From Raja brachyura (lineage: Eukaryota), in contig OY740790.1 in assembly GCA_963514005.1 (NCBI GenBank), positions 37,882,001-37,946,000 of the forward strand: a stretch of 64,000 nt of DNA, given 5' to 3'. Below, piece after piece: positions 1 through 13,598 of the stretch. Position 1 is the stretch's first letter. Each line of letters starts with the position of its first letter. Made by a program: the position numbers and the translations under genes. The notes under the pieces were generated by a model that was not told the DNA's origin, made no database searches, and saw only the letters and a program-made list of their open reading frames with translations.

Positions 1-104
1 GCCTGAACCGATGAGTTATTCCAGCACTTTGTCTATCTTCAGCATGGAAAAACCTTGGCCATAGATTTAGGACCAAAACTGCATAATTCCTTCTGGAAAT
101 TTAT

Positions 105-246
105 ATTTATAATTATATTTATATAATGGTATATGGACACACTGATCTGTTCTGTATTCATGCCTACTTTGTTCTGGTGTGCTGAAGCAAAGCAAGAATT
201 CATTGTCCTATCAGAGACACATGATAATAAACGCTCTTGAAGTTGA
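105..246 (+). mobile_element. 3' end of the same Rex1/Babar-type family
   Basis: atgcctactttgttctggtgtgct...aattcattgtcctatcagagacacatgataataaac matches the reverse complement of 43215-43290. Confidence 0.7.
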
Positions 247-2035
247 ATGTGCCCTATATGTGCCTCTGCTCATATTACAAAATTATGATACAAATAACTT
301 AATTTGTTTCCACTATGGGACAATGTTTTCCTTTCAATGGATTTTGATAAAGAAGGTGCTATTTGACTGCTGGATGGCAATTCTGAATGGGACCTAGAAA
401 ACTGCATTTTTTCCATACACATTTTTTCCAAAACCATCTTAAAATAAACAGTCGGTGATGAATAACTTAAATAAAACATCAGTTTTCGAATCTGTCACGT
501 ATTTCCTCTCTCCTGCCTGCATTTATCCCTAACCAAATGACCCATGAGCCTATTTGTTTTCCACATGATTTGTTAGCAGTGTTAAAAGAGCGCCACTTAC
601 TGTCAACCTTACCGACATGCTTGCCCTATCCTCAACTTAGGTAAAGATCCGTCAGCGTACCTTTGAAATATGCCATCACTCTTTCCATTAGATTTTTTTT
701 CTCTCTCTCTAATAACACTGAATGCCTAGTTTAAGTGTGATGGGCATTACAACATTAACCGCGATCAATGATGAACGTTTCAGTTGTAGTGAAATTGCAA
801 ATGTTTGGCAAAACTGTGATAATTGGGTTATTAAAAGTCTCAGATTGTTCATTAAAGGATAGATGCAAATAATCAAAAAATGATTGCTTCAGTTTTGTAT
901 CCAACAATCTCATGTATATGTTTAATGATGCGCGAACATAAGGCGCACCAAGCTTAGGTCTTTCAATTATGGATCAATATTCCAGGCTGTGGAAGTGACA
1001 ATTTAAAATAAAAGATAATTTAAAAGGACAGCAAGTTAAAATAGTTGTATCTGAGCATCATCTGCAAGCGGCCTATAACCAATGTTAGGACAAACGCGGA
1101 CCGCGCTCCAAGCTGCATTTTAAGAGCATCAAAGCAAACGGCAGTAACACATTTACTGTTATTTATCTATTATTGCAACCTCGTCAAACGTGCTTAGACT
1201 TAAAACAACATATATATTTTTTAATGTATTTTGAGTAATTGCACCAAAACTGTTTGCTGGCTTAGAACGTGGTGCCTTCAAACCACATCGTAAGCTCTCG
1301 ATGCTGTAATGAACAACAAGTGGACGCATTAGCAACTGATGTAATTACTGGTGTTCGTTCCTTTCATCGCCGAAGTGTAGATGTCGTTTTGAAAAGAATG
1401 AGTGATCAGTGTGTTGAGGAATGAGAGGAATTGACCAATAACAAAGGATAACACATCGACCCTTATTGTTTCCCGTGGTAAGCGATCACGAACTATACAT
1501 TTAGTTACTAAAAAATATATATACTTAATTTGGTCCTGGTATGCTTTAAATAAACATGATTGGAAGTCGAGGTAGAATATTACACAATTGAACCACAATA
1601 ATCTGAATTTGTTTCGGCGATAGGTTTCTTCTGGGTAATTATGTTTCAATATCTACTACTTAAATGTGAGTTTCCTGTTATGAAACACACGTTGTTTATT
1701 TATCAAGCTCAATTTTCGGCCAAAATCTGCGCTTATTTATGTGAAATTTGGGTATGGGTTCTCCGTTTATTTACACGACCGTTGTTCCAACGATGTTGTA
1801 TTTAATGTTCCTGATTGCCCAGCATCATTCTGTTAGCCCAGTGTCAACGGGTTCCGCCAATTCAACTGCAATATGCAAACATATCATTTTCTAAAACAAT
1901 AAACCGTATTGATCGTAGAACGATCGCTGGACGTTGGCCAATTCGCCTCGTAGTTTGCGAAATTCGTCAATTACTCCGTTGGGGCATCGGAAAATAGGCC
2001 GTTATCTTTCCCTTTGCGACCACCAGGTTCCCGCA

Positions 2036-2440
2036 GGCTCAGCGGGACAAGCAGCATCGCCTGAGATGAATTGGTGACGTTTCGCGTCGAAACCCCTCAG
2101 ACTAGAGTCAGTGGAAATGGGAAACTAGAGACAGAGACGGCGATGTAGAGAGATAGAGAACACATGAATGAAAGACATGCACAAAAGTAATTATAATAAC
2201 GCCATTGTTATTTCCTTTATCATCGTTACTTTTTAGCAAATCCTTCATTCATTAGTTCTATATCACTCTGGATCACGGTCAACATCACTCGTTTCCCTTT
2301 CCCCTGACTAGTCTGAAGAGGGGTCTCGACCCGAAACGTCACCCATTCCTTCTCTCCTAAGATGCTGCCTGTCCCGCTGAGTTACTCTAGCATTTGTGCC
2401 TATCTTCGGTTTAAACCAGCATCTGCAGTTCCTCCCTACA
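2036..2440. mobile_element. Penelope-like pseudo-LTR pair in inverted orientation
   Basis: 2036-2190 is the diverged reverse complement of ~2225-2380 (e.g. gaatgaaagacatgcacaaaagtaa vs ttactttttagcaaatccttcattc); the + arm carries ctgaagaggggtctcgacccgaaacgtc and gatgctgcctgtcccgctgagttact. Confidence 0.75.
2311..2342 (+). ncRNA. Minimal type-I hammerhead-ribozyme-like motif in a Penelope pLTR
   Basis: CTGAAGA 2313-2319, stem II GGGT-ctcg-ACCC, GAAA, then C-G-TC with putative cleavage after C2340; stem I only 2 bp. Confidence 0.5.
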
Positions 2441-3245
2441 CATTTCGTCCTGCATGCTTATACCTCCGATTTCTAATTGGAGGCATATTTCGGTTTTGTG
2501 AGACTCTTGTTGGTTCTTTGTGCCTTTTAGTTTCATTGAATCGTGGGACTATACCATAATATCCAGAAGTACCCACATATGCTCATTATTGTTGATGAAG
2601 ACACGAACATGATGGAATCAACCTAACTGGTCCATCGAAATAGGCCGATAAGTAATGTAATGTAACTGAATGTAACGGAGCATATTTGTAGTGGATCAGA
2701 AAGGTCACAAACTCTACAAACAAATATGGAATATGAAGGAAACTGCAAAATAACAGTTTACTCTCCATGCCAGTAACTTATCTTCATGCAGATGTACAGT
2801 GTCGTTTTTGTGGAGAGAGATGCCACACTCCATAGTAATCACTCCTAGGCTAAACTCCTCGTGTACTTTGTTCTTAGCAATGCCAAATAACAGTAAACGA
2901 AACTGGCGTTCATCTCGTTAACTAAATTAAACGTGAATTCATGTGCCCCCCTTCGTGGCCTGCAGCCTGAATACGCGTTACTACCAGCGAAATGCATCCG
3001 AATACAATGTTTCTTGTGGCAAACCAATCTTTACCCCACCACCCCCACCCCCACCCCCACACTAGTGTTTGTAAATTGACCCCAACTGTCGTTGTCATCT
3101 AAATTGGTCATCATTACAATGAACACGTCTTATGTGATAAAGTGAATGTAAGGCAAACCAACTTTCTTCGTAAAAACTGACACTTAATTTAGCGTTTACC
3201 CTTCTTTGCCTCCCATACGTTTTCTTCTCCCCCCCGACTCCCGCC

Positions 3246-3281
<36 letters not shown>

Positions 3282-3305
3282 AACTAACTAACACACACAC
3301 ACACA
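3246..3305 (+). repeat. Compound (CT)n-(CTAA)n-(CA)n microsatellite
   Basis: Directly visible. Confidence 0.92.
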
Positions 3306-3569
3306 TGCAAAAGTTTTAAGTTGCAGTTAACATGTGTCAAAATCGTATCTGTTCTGACTAGTGGTAAGTCCTCAGATTTCAGTCACACTGGCAACAGAAG
3401 AAGTCTGCGCATGTTGCTGTTTTTTTGAAGTAGACAATGACAGGACTGTATATATAAACCTGTATATATAATTTCAGAACTGTGGAGAGAAAACAACCCG
3501 TTTAACTTTTTTTTTAACGAATACAATGTTTACCATGGAACTTTGCGTTTATACTGAATTTGTACTGCG

Positions 3570-3780
3570 TTCATAGTGAGTTCACCGATAGAACGTGTAA
3601 CAGTACAGCACTGGAATAGGCCCTTCGGCCAAGATGTCTGTGTCGAACTCGATGCCAAGAAAAAAAAAATCTGTTCCGTCTACACATGATCCATCTCTCT
3701 CCAATCCCTGCGTCTAAACGCCTCTTAAACACCACTCTCATATCTCCCTCCACCATGACCCCTGGCAGCGCATTCCAGGC
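3570..3780 (-). mobile_element. CR1 3'-end fragment
   Basis: acagcactggaataggcccttcggcc...ctaaacgcctcttaaa...cctggcagcgcattccagg, similar to the CR1 3' UTR. Confidence 0.6.
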
Positions 3781-3822
3781 CGGACCTTGTCGGGAAGCTT
3801 CATTTTAGTGGAATTTGGAGCA

Positions 3823-3918
3823 ATCTGAAGAAGGGTCTCGACCCGAAACGTCGCCTATCTCCTTCACTCCTTAGATGCTGCTGCACCCGCTGAGTTTCTC
3901 CAGCTTTTTGTGTAACCC
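3823..3918 (+). mobile_element. Penelope-like pLTR copy (second subfamily) with intact hammerhead-like core
   Basis: CTGAAGA 3825-3831, agggtctcgaccc, gaaacgtc to 3852, then gcctatctccttc...gatgctgctgcacccgctgagtttctccagc. Confidence 0.75.
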
Positions 3919-4039
3919 ATGTACCGTAGCTAGTTGTATATCGTCAACCGGCATTCACACACACTGTCACACCACATTCTCCCGACAAAGTACATGTAGT
4001 AGCGGAGTAGTATTAAAACTCGGTATCCAGTTCAGTACA

Positions 4040-4197
4040 TGTGTAAGAAGGAACTGCAGATACGGGTTTACACCGAATATAGACACAAAATGCTGGAGTA
4101 ACTCAGCGGGTCAGGCAACAACTCTGGAGGAATGGAATTCCTTTCCTCCAGAAACGCTGCCCGACCCGCTGAGTTATTCCAGCATCTTATGTTTATC
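4040..4197. mobile_element. Fold-back Penelope pLTR fragments
   Basis: atgctggagtaactcagcgggtcaggca...ctggagg and cctccag...ctgcccgacccgctgagttattccagcat are inverted about ~4135. Confidence 0.7.
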
Positions 4198-4327
4198 CAG
4201 AGCAGTACAACTCTTGTCACGTCTTAACAGATCACCTGGAAAGGTTCAGAGCTAATAAAAAAGATTAATGCCAGCAACTGATCCACGGGTCCCTGCTCTC
4301 CTTTCATTAAAATAATAGTGAGAGATC

Positions 4328-4456
4328 TGTGTAGGAAGGAACTGATGCTGGTTTAAGGCGAAGAGAAGGGGCGTCGATACGAAACGTCACCCATTCCATT
4401 TCTCCAGAGATGTTGCCTGTCCCGCTGAGTTACTCCAACTTTTTGTGTCCATCTTC
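4328..4456. mobile_element. Penelope pLTR fragment with short inverted head
   Basis: gtgtaggaaggaactgatgctgg (minus-strand end) then cgaaacgtcacccattcc...cccgctgagttactccaac (plus). Confidence 0.65.
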
Positions 4457-7400
4457 CGCGTAAAATAGATCTATGCTTTTGAGCACAGAGTACGTACTCC
4501 GCCCTCAGATACTGCTGAGGCCAGCGGTTTCAGAACAGCTTGGTATTAGTCGCTGACTCAAATTGTCACATTCCCACTCAGCCACACATTCATTCATGAA
4601 GGGTGGCATCCACTCATTCAAATTCATGTCCACACTTTCACGCTGCAAATATACACCTTCATACTATATAGCCACTCAAGTGGCAATCATTAATACACAC
4701 TGAAAGCCACTTCCATTTACAGACGACTTAATTTCAAAGATTTTTTTCACGAATTCGGGCGTGTACATTTTCCAAAAACTCATGCACTTAGACACACGAG
4801 GACGCGCACCAGCGGACAGGCCGACGCAAACTCACGCGGGCGCGCCCCCATTGCCTACCCAAGCAACGGTCCAAGCTTTCTCTGGCTCCCACACGTACAC
4901 ATCACATTTTCTCTCTTGTACACTCTCAAACACACAGGCGTAAACATGCCTTTCTTTCTTTCGCGCACACAATCCCCCGTATACCACCACAAACACTGCC
5001 TCACACATCAGCACACATTCTTTTCACGTTCATGTAAACACGCACATGCACACAATACACGCACGTTCACAAGTTTAAAAAAGAAACTACTCCTCTCCCC
5101 AGTCTCCCACACCAGGCTTAGTCCCGCATCATTCCTGTAATGTGCAGTACTGCGAATTTGTCTCTGCCTCTTAGGGGCGCTCTGGCTCTCAAATTAAAAA
5201 AAATCCGAACCTCTTCACTGTTTTTATTACCGCACTATCATGTTAATGGACACGCGGATCTCTACCTGTAAGTCTATCTTCTTAGGTCGGAAATGGGGCA
5301 CAACTGGAAAAAAGCTAAAATTATATATATTATTATATAACCAAGCTATGCAACATAAAACAAATCTCTTATCAATGCCCCCACAATTACAAATGCAATA
5401 CTTTACTCTCAATAGCCTGCAAAGAAAAAAATACAATAGGACAACTTACTAAAATGCTGAACCCAAATATGAAACCAGCTCTCTGTTCTAGTCAAATATA
5501 ATGGGTTTATCCAATTCCTCCATTGCAGGAAACTAAAATTATAACTACAAATTACAAAATATCAAAATACATCAACATTTCAAAAATTACCAATAAACCG
5601 GCCATCCATACTCTCGGTGGTCGGCGGTTTTATGTATCAACAGAATATATCAGATATATACCAGATGAAATTCTAAATTTTAGATATTTCTGGATAGGTC
5701 TAGTATATACCAGCATTTATGAGTTATTATTTAACTTACCCATACTCTCTCTTTGAAAATAGTACATGAATTCGTTAATTCGGATAGATTTTCATATGCA
5801 ATCTGTATACAGCAATCAATGCGGGCAATTCAGCCTAATACCTGTTTATGCTCCTATTCAAGATGATTTGCGACTTGATTTACCCCCACACAATTAAAAA
5901 GCCATATTGTCGTATGGCAAGAGTTCTTTGACCTCACTGCATCTGTGGTGTTAACAAGTGCGTCTACTTTGGTTTATAATAATTCGCTTTTAAGATTGAT
6001 TGCAGAAACAACATTATACCATTATGAATTGAATTATGTAATATTTCAGGTATGAAAAAATATCAGAAGTTATTGGATCTTCAATGTGATAAACTTGTGA
6101 GAATAGCTGACGCGTACCTATTTGTGCATGGGGGAGGGGGGCATATATATAATATCAACAGTGACGCTATTACGCAAATTTAAATTACAAGACGCAGGTT
6201 TGTATTTGAATATATTCGAGACAGCGTGCACAACTTTCCATTTGGATTTTAATGTGCACATTTTTACCGGCAAAAGCGTGGATAGTGGCGTTTAAATGGC
6301 ATTCAAAAGATGATGAAATCAGATCAATAAGAGCAACGTAACAAATGGCACCAACTATATTTTACAAAAAAAATACATTCTGGTAAAAGCATCCTATGCT
6401 CTGTCTTCTAAAACATTTCTAAACTAAAGAACACTTTCATTTCAGTAAAATAGAATGCTTTTTTCCCCACAAAGAAATATAATGCATCAGATATTGTTAA
6501 AATGGATATTGAAAAACTACCTACAAAAATGATCCACCTGGGATATCAAAATACTGAAGAAAACGTAAAAATGGAAACCGTTCAAATTTTCCACGATTTA
6601 AATAATACCAGAACTTGTATTTTCTGTTTTTTTTTTAAATTTAAGTATGGTCAAGAATAATTGTCCTGAGATTGAACCAGGTGTATTACAGATTATTCCA
6701 CGAAAGCTATTGTATCTATGTAAATAAAATACAACATTAGCATAAAATTAAACATTTTTAAATTATGTGTTCAAATAAATATCTATTAGATTGTAAATAA
6801 AGTATTGCATGTTGGTATCCAGCACATAAAACCTTTTTAATAATTAATAATAGGAGCAGAAGATTTTTATTTTTATATTTGCCGCAAGGAAATACTGTTA
6901 AACATTATCTTGGAGTAATGACCTGCAACCTACACTTTCAAGTGCTCCCAAATTTTCCCCAAGTAACTGGAAGCTAAATATAATCTACAATATACTGTAG
7001 TTAAATAATATTCACTGCAGACCTGTGTAACCGAGCTCTCACACTGGTTGCTCAGTTAATTATAATAATCGAGATGTTTATGAAAAATAATTTATACATT
7101 GCATTGTGCAATATTTAAGCAACAAACGGGATTTTTAAAAATAAAATGTATTACTGGACATCGTGGCCTGAAAGTTCCTCAACAATATTGGATGTTGGTG
7201 TTTCGCAGTTTTAATTTGATACTTTTTTGCTGCTACCTGCTCGCTAGTCTTTTATTTTGATAGTTTGTGTTCAGGGTTTGATATAATCATTCGCGATCGT
7301 TTTTTTTCCAACTGTAGCTAGTTTGAATCTATTATTATTTACTGACATTTGATTGGGAGTCTAATGGTAACAATCCTGCTAGTTCTTTACTGGAATAGTT

Positions 7401-10400
7401 TAGCAAGATGTCAGTGGAATTATTCCTACTGCTGTAATATTAACAAATCGTTCTCCTTTCATCATGCAATGTCGGATTTACTTATAATGTTTTTATTAAA
7501 TATAACGATTAATTTTCAAATAAAAAAATAGTTATAGAAAAATGCCTAAAATATTCAGCTGTCGTCTCATTCTGTATCAGGTACATTATTAAATCCCTTC
7601 TCAGCTAAACTATTTCTAAACGTACTGATTCAATATCGACATGAAACAAAATGACTAAACAAAGCAAATAAACGAAATAAAGTGAAATAATTAAATCAGA
7701 TTTCACCGACAGTGTATTTACTTTAACTCCGATTATGATACAGGCAGGTTGGGGTACATGCTCATCACTTTTTCGATGTTGGCAGTAAAGTATCGGAGGT
7801 GGTAATCATGGACTAATCTAGTGCGGGAACTTCTCATCTCCAAGCGCCCAGCAGCCACATTTAAATGTGAAAAGTATTAGCGTGAACAACAAAATGACTT
7901 AATTGTATAATTGGAACAATTTCGTGTCTCATCCAGTTTTAGTCTAAACCTGAGATCAGATAACTAAATCCGCTTTTTTATTTTGATGTTATAGGTTAAC
8001 CGCTACGAAAAATAACGAAAATGAGCTAGAGTAGCATTGATAAACTTCACAATTAGTAGTTTGGAATTGGAAGAATATTAACTGTATAATGCCGCGGGTG
8101 TAGATTAAAACATGCTGTTTGTATAATCTTAGCGTCACTGTAAGTAATGTCCTGGTGGATGTAGTTTGATATTGCGACAAATTATGAATAAAATAAATAT
8201 AGAAATGTATAATGCAGTTGCTGCTTTCGTAGTTTGTTCTTAACTATTATTAGAAGTAGTCCTCAGGAATACAGCGCCATATTGATATTTAGATTATCCG
8301 GTATATTAGTTCCAGTATTTTTGAACGTAAGCACATTTGAATGTTGCAATAACTTTCATGTAATTCGAGCACAACTTATTATAAACTTGACAGTGCTACT
8401 TGTAGGGGTATACATTGAAATCAAAGGTTTATCCAAAAAGCTAAATTTGGCCATCCCCCTTTGGTTACAAATTGGTTATGTATCCTCAATCTCCTGCTGC
8501 TAAAAACTAATTTAAAACTTGTCTTTGAATGAACGAAAAAAAACCAATAAATATATATTTAACTATTTTGTCTGCTTCTGAAATTTGATCTGGTGGGTAT
8601 TGTTATTAACACCCTCAAGACGTTTACATATTTCACTTTTTTAATATTGGACTTCCAATTTTTTCTTACCTCCCAGTTTTTCATAATGGATCACAGAACA
8701 ATTTTGGAACAGTCAATGACTTGTCATAATTGTTTTATTGTTTAGGTTTTGAAGTTTGCAGAATTAAAATTAGTTCTCACCTCGTGGTTAAAATCGATTC
8801 ACATTCTGTTGGTGAATAAATACCTTAATTTTCATTGTCACACCCCTCATCTGTTCGTCTTATTTAAAGAATAAATAAATGAATCTGCTCATCTTTGAAT
8901 TTGCGGATTAATTTTCAAATATTATTTTATTACCCACTTATGAAAATTATTTTCTTAAATGTGCAGAACTGGAAACTGAGAAATAATAAATTCGAATGAA
9001 TTCCGTCAAAAATAAAGGCAGCAAGATGCAAAATTCCGCCAAGAGTTCCGCCAATGGATGCTTTTAATTTTAACTCTCATGAAAGGAGTATAATATCGAA
9101 GACCATTTATTAGTTATAGTTCCGGTTATTATGGAAGGTTGAATATTTATAACTATTGTTGAAGAGCGACAATACACAATCCGAGGTTGCATAATTCATA
9201 GCCATATTGGCAAGTGTTAAATAATAATCTTTCAAATAAATGGCTGAACAAGGAAACCTAGCAGAATTAATAACAAAATTATATAGTTACCAATGCAATC
9301 TTTCATTTAATTAATGCAGATCTAAATATCGATTCTTCAAACTTATTTTGCAGACAGCTAGTTATATAGCCATATATGGTTGTTTAAAGGTCGCAAATGT
9401 TAACTTTACTTAAGGAACACGTAACTTTTAATATTTCCCATTCGATCATATATTGAAACCGTTGACCACACCGACTCAATTTGAACATGGATATTTTCTC
9501 TTTGAAACGTAAATCACATTTGGTTTGTATTTGACACCATGAGAAAATGTTCATATTGATTTGTGAACCAGTAGTTAATTTCGCATGCGCTAAATCGTCC
9601 GTAAATTGACAAATACATTATCTTTCTGGAGTCTAATTGCTTTTTATCTAAATCACTTATACTAAGGTTGGTCGTAAGTCATTAGTGGGCTTAATATTAT
9701 TATTTGACATACAATTTAAGAATTGGTTGGTGATTGAGTGCTTGTGTTTGATATATAATTAACAGCAAACATGCTATATTATTTATGAACATAATCTTGC
9801 GTAAAACCAAATCGAGCATAAACTCTGCAAAGACTCGCCAAGGATGGTTCAATACATATGTAATTTACGTTTAGCTCAGGATTTCAGAACAAACTAGTGT
9901 CCGTTTTCCACCACCGATCGATAGCGAATATAAAAGAAAAAATTGCACCTTTTCTTAGAGTCGAGTGTGCACAGAAATAGTTAACTTTTCAATTATTCAA
10001 AAATAAACTCGCAAATTGGCTGAGGATTAAAATAATTAAATTTGCTTAAACACCAATTTACATTTAGTCGGAAAATAGATAACCTAAAATTACGTCCGGA
10101 AAAAAACGGAGTCTCATTTTTATTTTAAAGATAAAATAAATATTAAGCGGAAACGTTTACAGACATCTAAGGTTTATTATTTATTTTAAATATGACAATG
10201 CAGGTGCGCAAGTCAATTCATGAAACAAATCTGTAAAGGCTCAAAGAGGAATATATCTAAGTATTCTTTTGAATTCTATTATTTTTGGTTAATGTTGAAT
10301 GTGCGGGAGAATAGCGAGTGGATATAGATTGAACTTCATCATAACCATAATGAAACTTTATTGTGCTGTGCCTTTTGATCTTTTCAAAAGAACACGAAGT

Positions 10401-13400
10401 GGACAATGTAAAGGTGATCATGCTTACGCGACACCACGAAAAACATAAAAATATGTAACAGTCGTGGGATAAAAAAACGTAAAACTACGGGAGTTCTCAT
10501 GAGCCTGTAAAACGCGACACTTGATTATAAGCGAAGTATCTGAATTCTAAATCGTAAAAGTACACGATCGAAAATCGGAAGAGCCATGAATACAGAACGC
10601 AACTTTTAAAGCTGCGAGTTCAACTTAAAGCCTGAAAAAAAATGTGTTCTCCTCTTTTCATGAAAATGTCATATTGTTTTAAAAATCGTATATGTGTTAT
10701 TCAGTCTAATGGTGCATGTGGTTGTAGACAAAGATGCCTCTTATAATGTGCGCACCAGAATGAAAACGTTAAACTTCTTGGTTAACATTCAAAGTAATGG
10801 TGCAGTCCGCTCCTTGGTGTATTTACATATATTCACCTCGTCCGTGACAGTTAAGGGCTATTATTGCAAACGACTTCATCACTCCTTAGTGTGGTCATAT
10901 ATTTCAGAATTTATGGGAGATCGAACGGCATTTGTAAATATGCTTTAAACTCTCTACTCCATTTCTGCATGAAAGCTAGCGAATATACACTTCGCAGAAG
11001 TATTGAAAGAGTGAAAAAAAAGTATATCTTTAAAAAACTTTATTTTAGACCTACTCTTTTTGTCTCCACGTTGCTTCCGAACAGTGCTTGTACAGTTGAT
11101 ATTTTTGAAAGTAAAGCAAAATGTTACAACAGCATGGGGCAACAAAAATCTCAATTCGGTGGAGCGCACCATTGTAAGTGGGGGGTGGGCATTCAACTCT
11201 CTCTCAACATTTTCCAAAATCAGAAAATCTCCCTTTGTTGTTGCTATTAGAGCCCTCTAGTTGTGGTACTGCACGGTGTAAGCACGAGATTTGGGTTCGT
11301 AACGTTCTGCTTTGCAAAAAGCGGCGGAATAATATACAAAGACTCTCTCTTCCACACTCCCTGTTCGGGAATGCCTTCAAATCCATATCTCCAGCGCAAA
11401 ATCAATATGGACATCTCCGCGAGTGAGATGTATTCGTATAATTAGTGGGGAAATACTCCGATTCTTTGTATTAGAATGAATCAATGTTGTAATTAACAAA
11501 AAATCCAGCAGGTTTTGCATTGTGATCGCGTTGTACGTGCTGTCGCGGCGTCTAGTTTTGTTGAGACTTTATTTTTTTCACTTAACACTGCTTTATTTAT
11601 AATGAGCCGGATCATTTTCTTAGACATTGCGACCCCTTCGGTGTTAGAGATAATTCGCACTAAAAAAAGTTATCTGATTAATGTCAACCTGACACTTTTG
11701 AAATAGGAAGTGCGATAGCTTGTGAACTTTGTCATCGCGTAAATTATTGCCGATCCACTGTATTTTTTAAAGTTCCTCGGGTTGTTGCTCCTGATGTTCA
11801 TCGAGACTGCAGAGAGTCTTCATTTGGGAACGGATGAAATATATTTCCGAATACCGCAGTTGTTATTTGGGTTAATTAGTACTCGCCAAGGAAATTATAC
11901 CTTTCGTGTTAGTGAACCTCGTGAAATGTAAATAAAAACCTATGGGAAAATCTGTGACCTTTAACATCGACTGCTTCGGAAGTGCAGCTATGTGTCAAAT
12001 ATAACGCCGCAACAGTCTATTTATTTGTGGTATGTCCAAATCAACCAGAACCATAAATCCAAGACACTGTCCCTGTCTGCGGGTAATGTACAAGCTGAGC
12101 TTTGTTACAGTTTGGAATATGATTGGTGCAATGAGGTTGCACATGATGTCTATCTCAAGAGATGTGCAACTGAATGAAATATATTAGTTCGATTATTGTG
12201 TAAGTTAATATTGTAAGTACATTCAATCTTTCTATTTACAATAAATCATAAATGATAAAAAAAATTAACGCCCATTAAATATTAAAATGTTTTCAATCCC
12301 AACACACCGAAAGGTGTCATTTGGAACGAAGTTTTCCATATTTATTACTTGCGTCACACGCTCAATTGTGTTCAACGGCAAGATGCATTCAATTGCAACG
12401 CACTTCACGCTTTAAATACACACAGTATATTGGTAGAAAAACTCGGCATTTGACGTGTACACACAAATCCAAATAAATCAAACGTTTCCAATAAACTGAC
12501 GGCCAAAAATCAATAGGTGCATGTCCGATTAAGTTTGCACTATTGAATATGATTATCCCTTTGATGCCTGCTCTTATCAATTTATGGTTAAGCCGCTGCA
12601 AAACCAGAATATCACAATTGTTCTAACAGAAGCACTTGAATAATATTTATAAAACCTTCACTTACGGATGGTGTGTGTTGAAATAATCAGGACAGAGGCC
12701 TAAACAGGTGATTTAAGTTACGACCGCAACTGTCAATATCGTTCAGTTAGTGTGGGAAGTACATAATTATAATGCGTGAAGATATAATGATTACCGAGTC
12801 AACGCACCTATTTGATTTACGCAGATGATCCAACTTAAAATATAACTTCAAAGTATTTTGTCCTTTGGTGATAATCTCAGTAATAATACAATAAATCAGG
12901 CATATGCATAATTATCTAAAATACTTATTGATATGTGCGTGAATAATACGACACCTGTTTGGGATAATGAACTCAGCATTGGAATGCGAGCGTTTAATTC
13001 CTAATAGAAATAGTAAAATAAATAACACATTCTGTCAAGCACAATCTTTATTGGATAGTTTAAAGGAATACGTCGTGCTTCTAAAGTAAAAGTATTGTTT
13101 AATAATCATGCTTACAATACAACTGCGTTCCCTTATAAATATCAAATGCAGTACACTCTCATTCTCTTATCTGAGTCGACATTTTTTTCAACAAGAGTTA
13201 CCATTATTTCTCCCTTGTAGTAACTGTTGCCATTTGAGTACACCAGTCCAGACAAAAATGCTCATTTTTCATACAAGCTCAGTTACAACCCCTACAAAGG
13301 TCAGTAATATCCTAGTTAATATTCCTCGGTACATCTCTACTTTTCATGGCAAGCAGATTGCATATTTATTTGTGAAATACTCCTTTATGCTTAGGGATAA

Positions 13401-13598
13401 CGAGTCAATGGATCATGTTTGTTATAAAACGTGAAATAAAAATAGGCCGAGATCTGTTGAACTGTGCAAGCAAATAAACGGGTCGATGAAACGTACAAAT
13501 CCTACAAGTTACAAAGGGGAAAACAAAAATCTATCATGCTTCCTTACCTAATTCTGCTATTCAAAAAAAAAATCACAGCACATTACAATTGCCTTCAG

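Noticed and set aside
1928-1941. Full NFI site TGGA-N5-GCCAA (also near-matches at 26410, 28218, 63334) as proof of autoregulation
   Set aside because: A few such matches are expected by chance in 64 kb; no enrichment can be claimed without conservation or ChIP data.
5143-5182. CTCF-like motif cctcttaggggcgc
   Set aside because: Several mismatches in the core and the TGCAG upstream motif is at the wrong distance.
11134-11430. Donor-like gtaagt (~11174) and gtgaga (~11423) as further first coding exons
   Set aside because: The nearest upstream ATGs give phase 1, out of frame with exon 2; non-coding use cannot be assessed from sequence.
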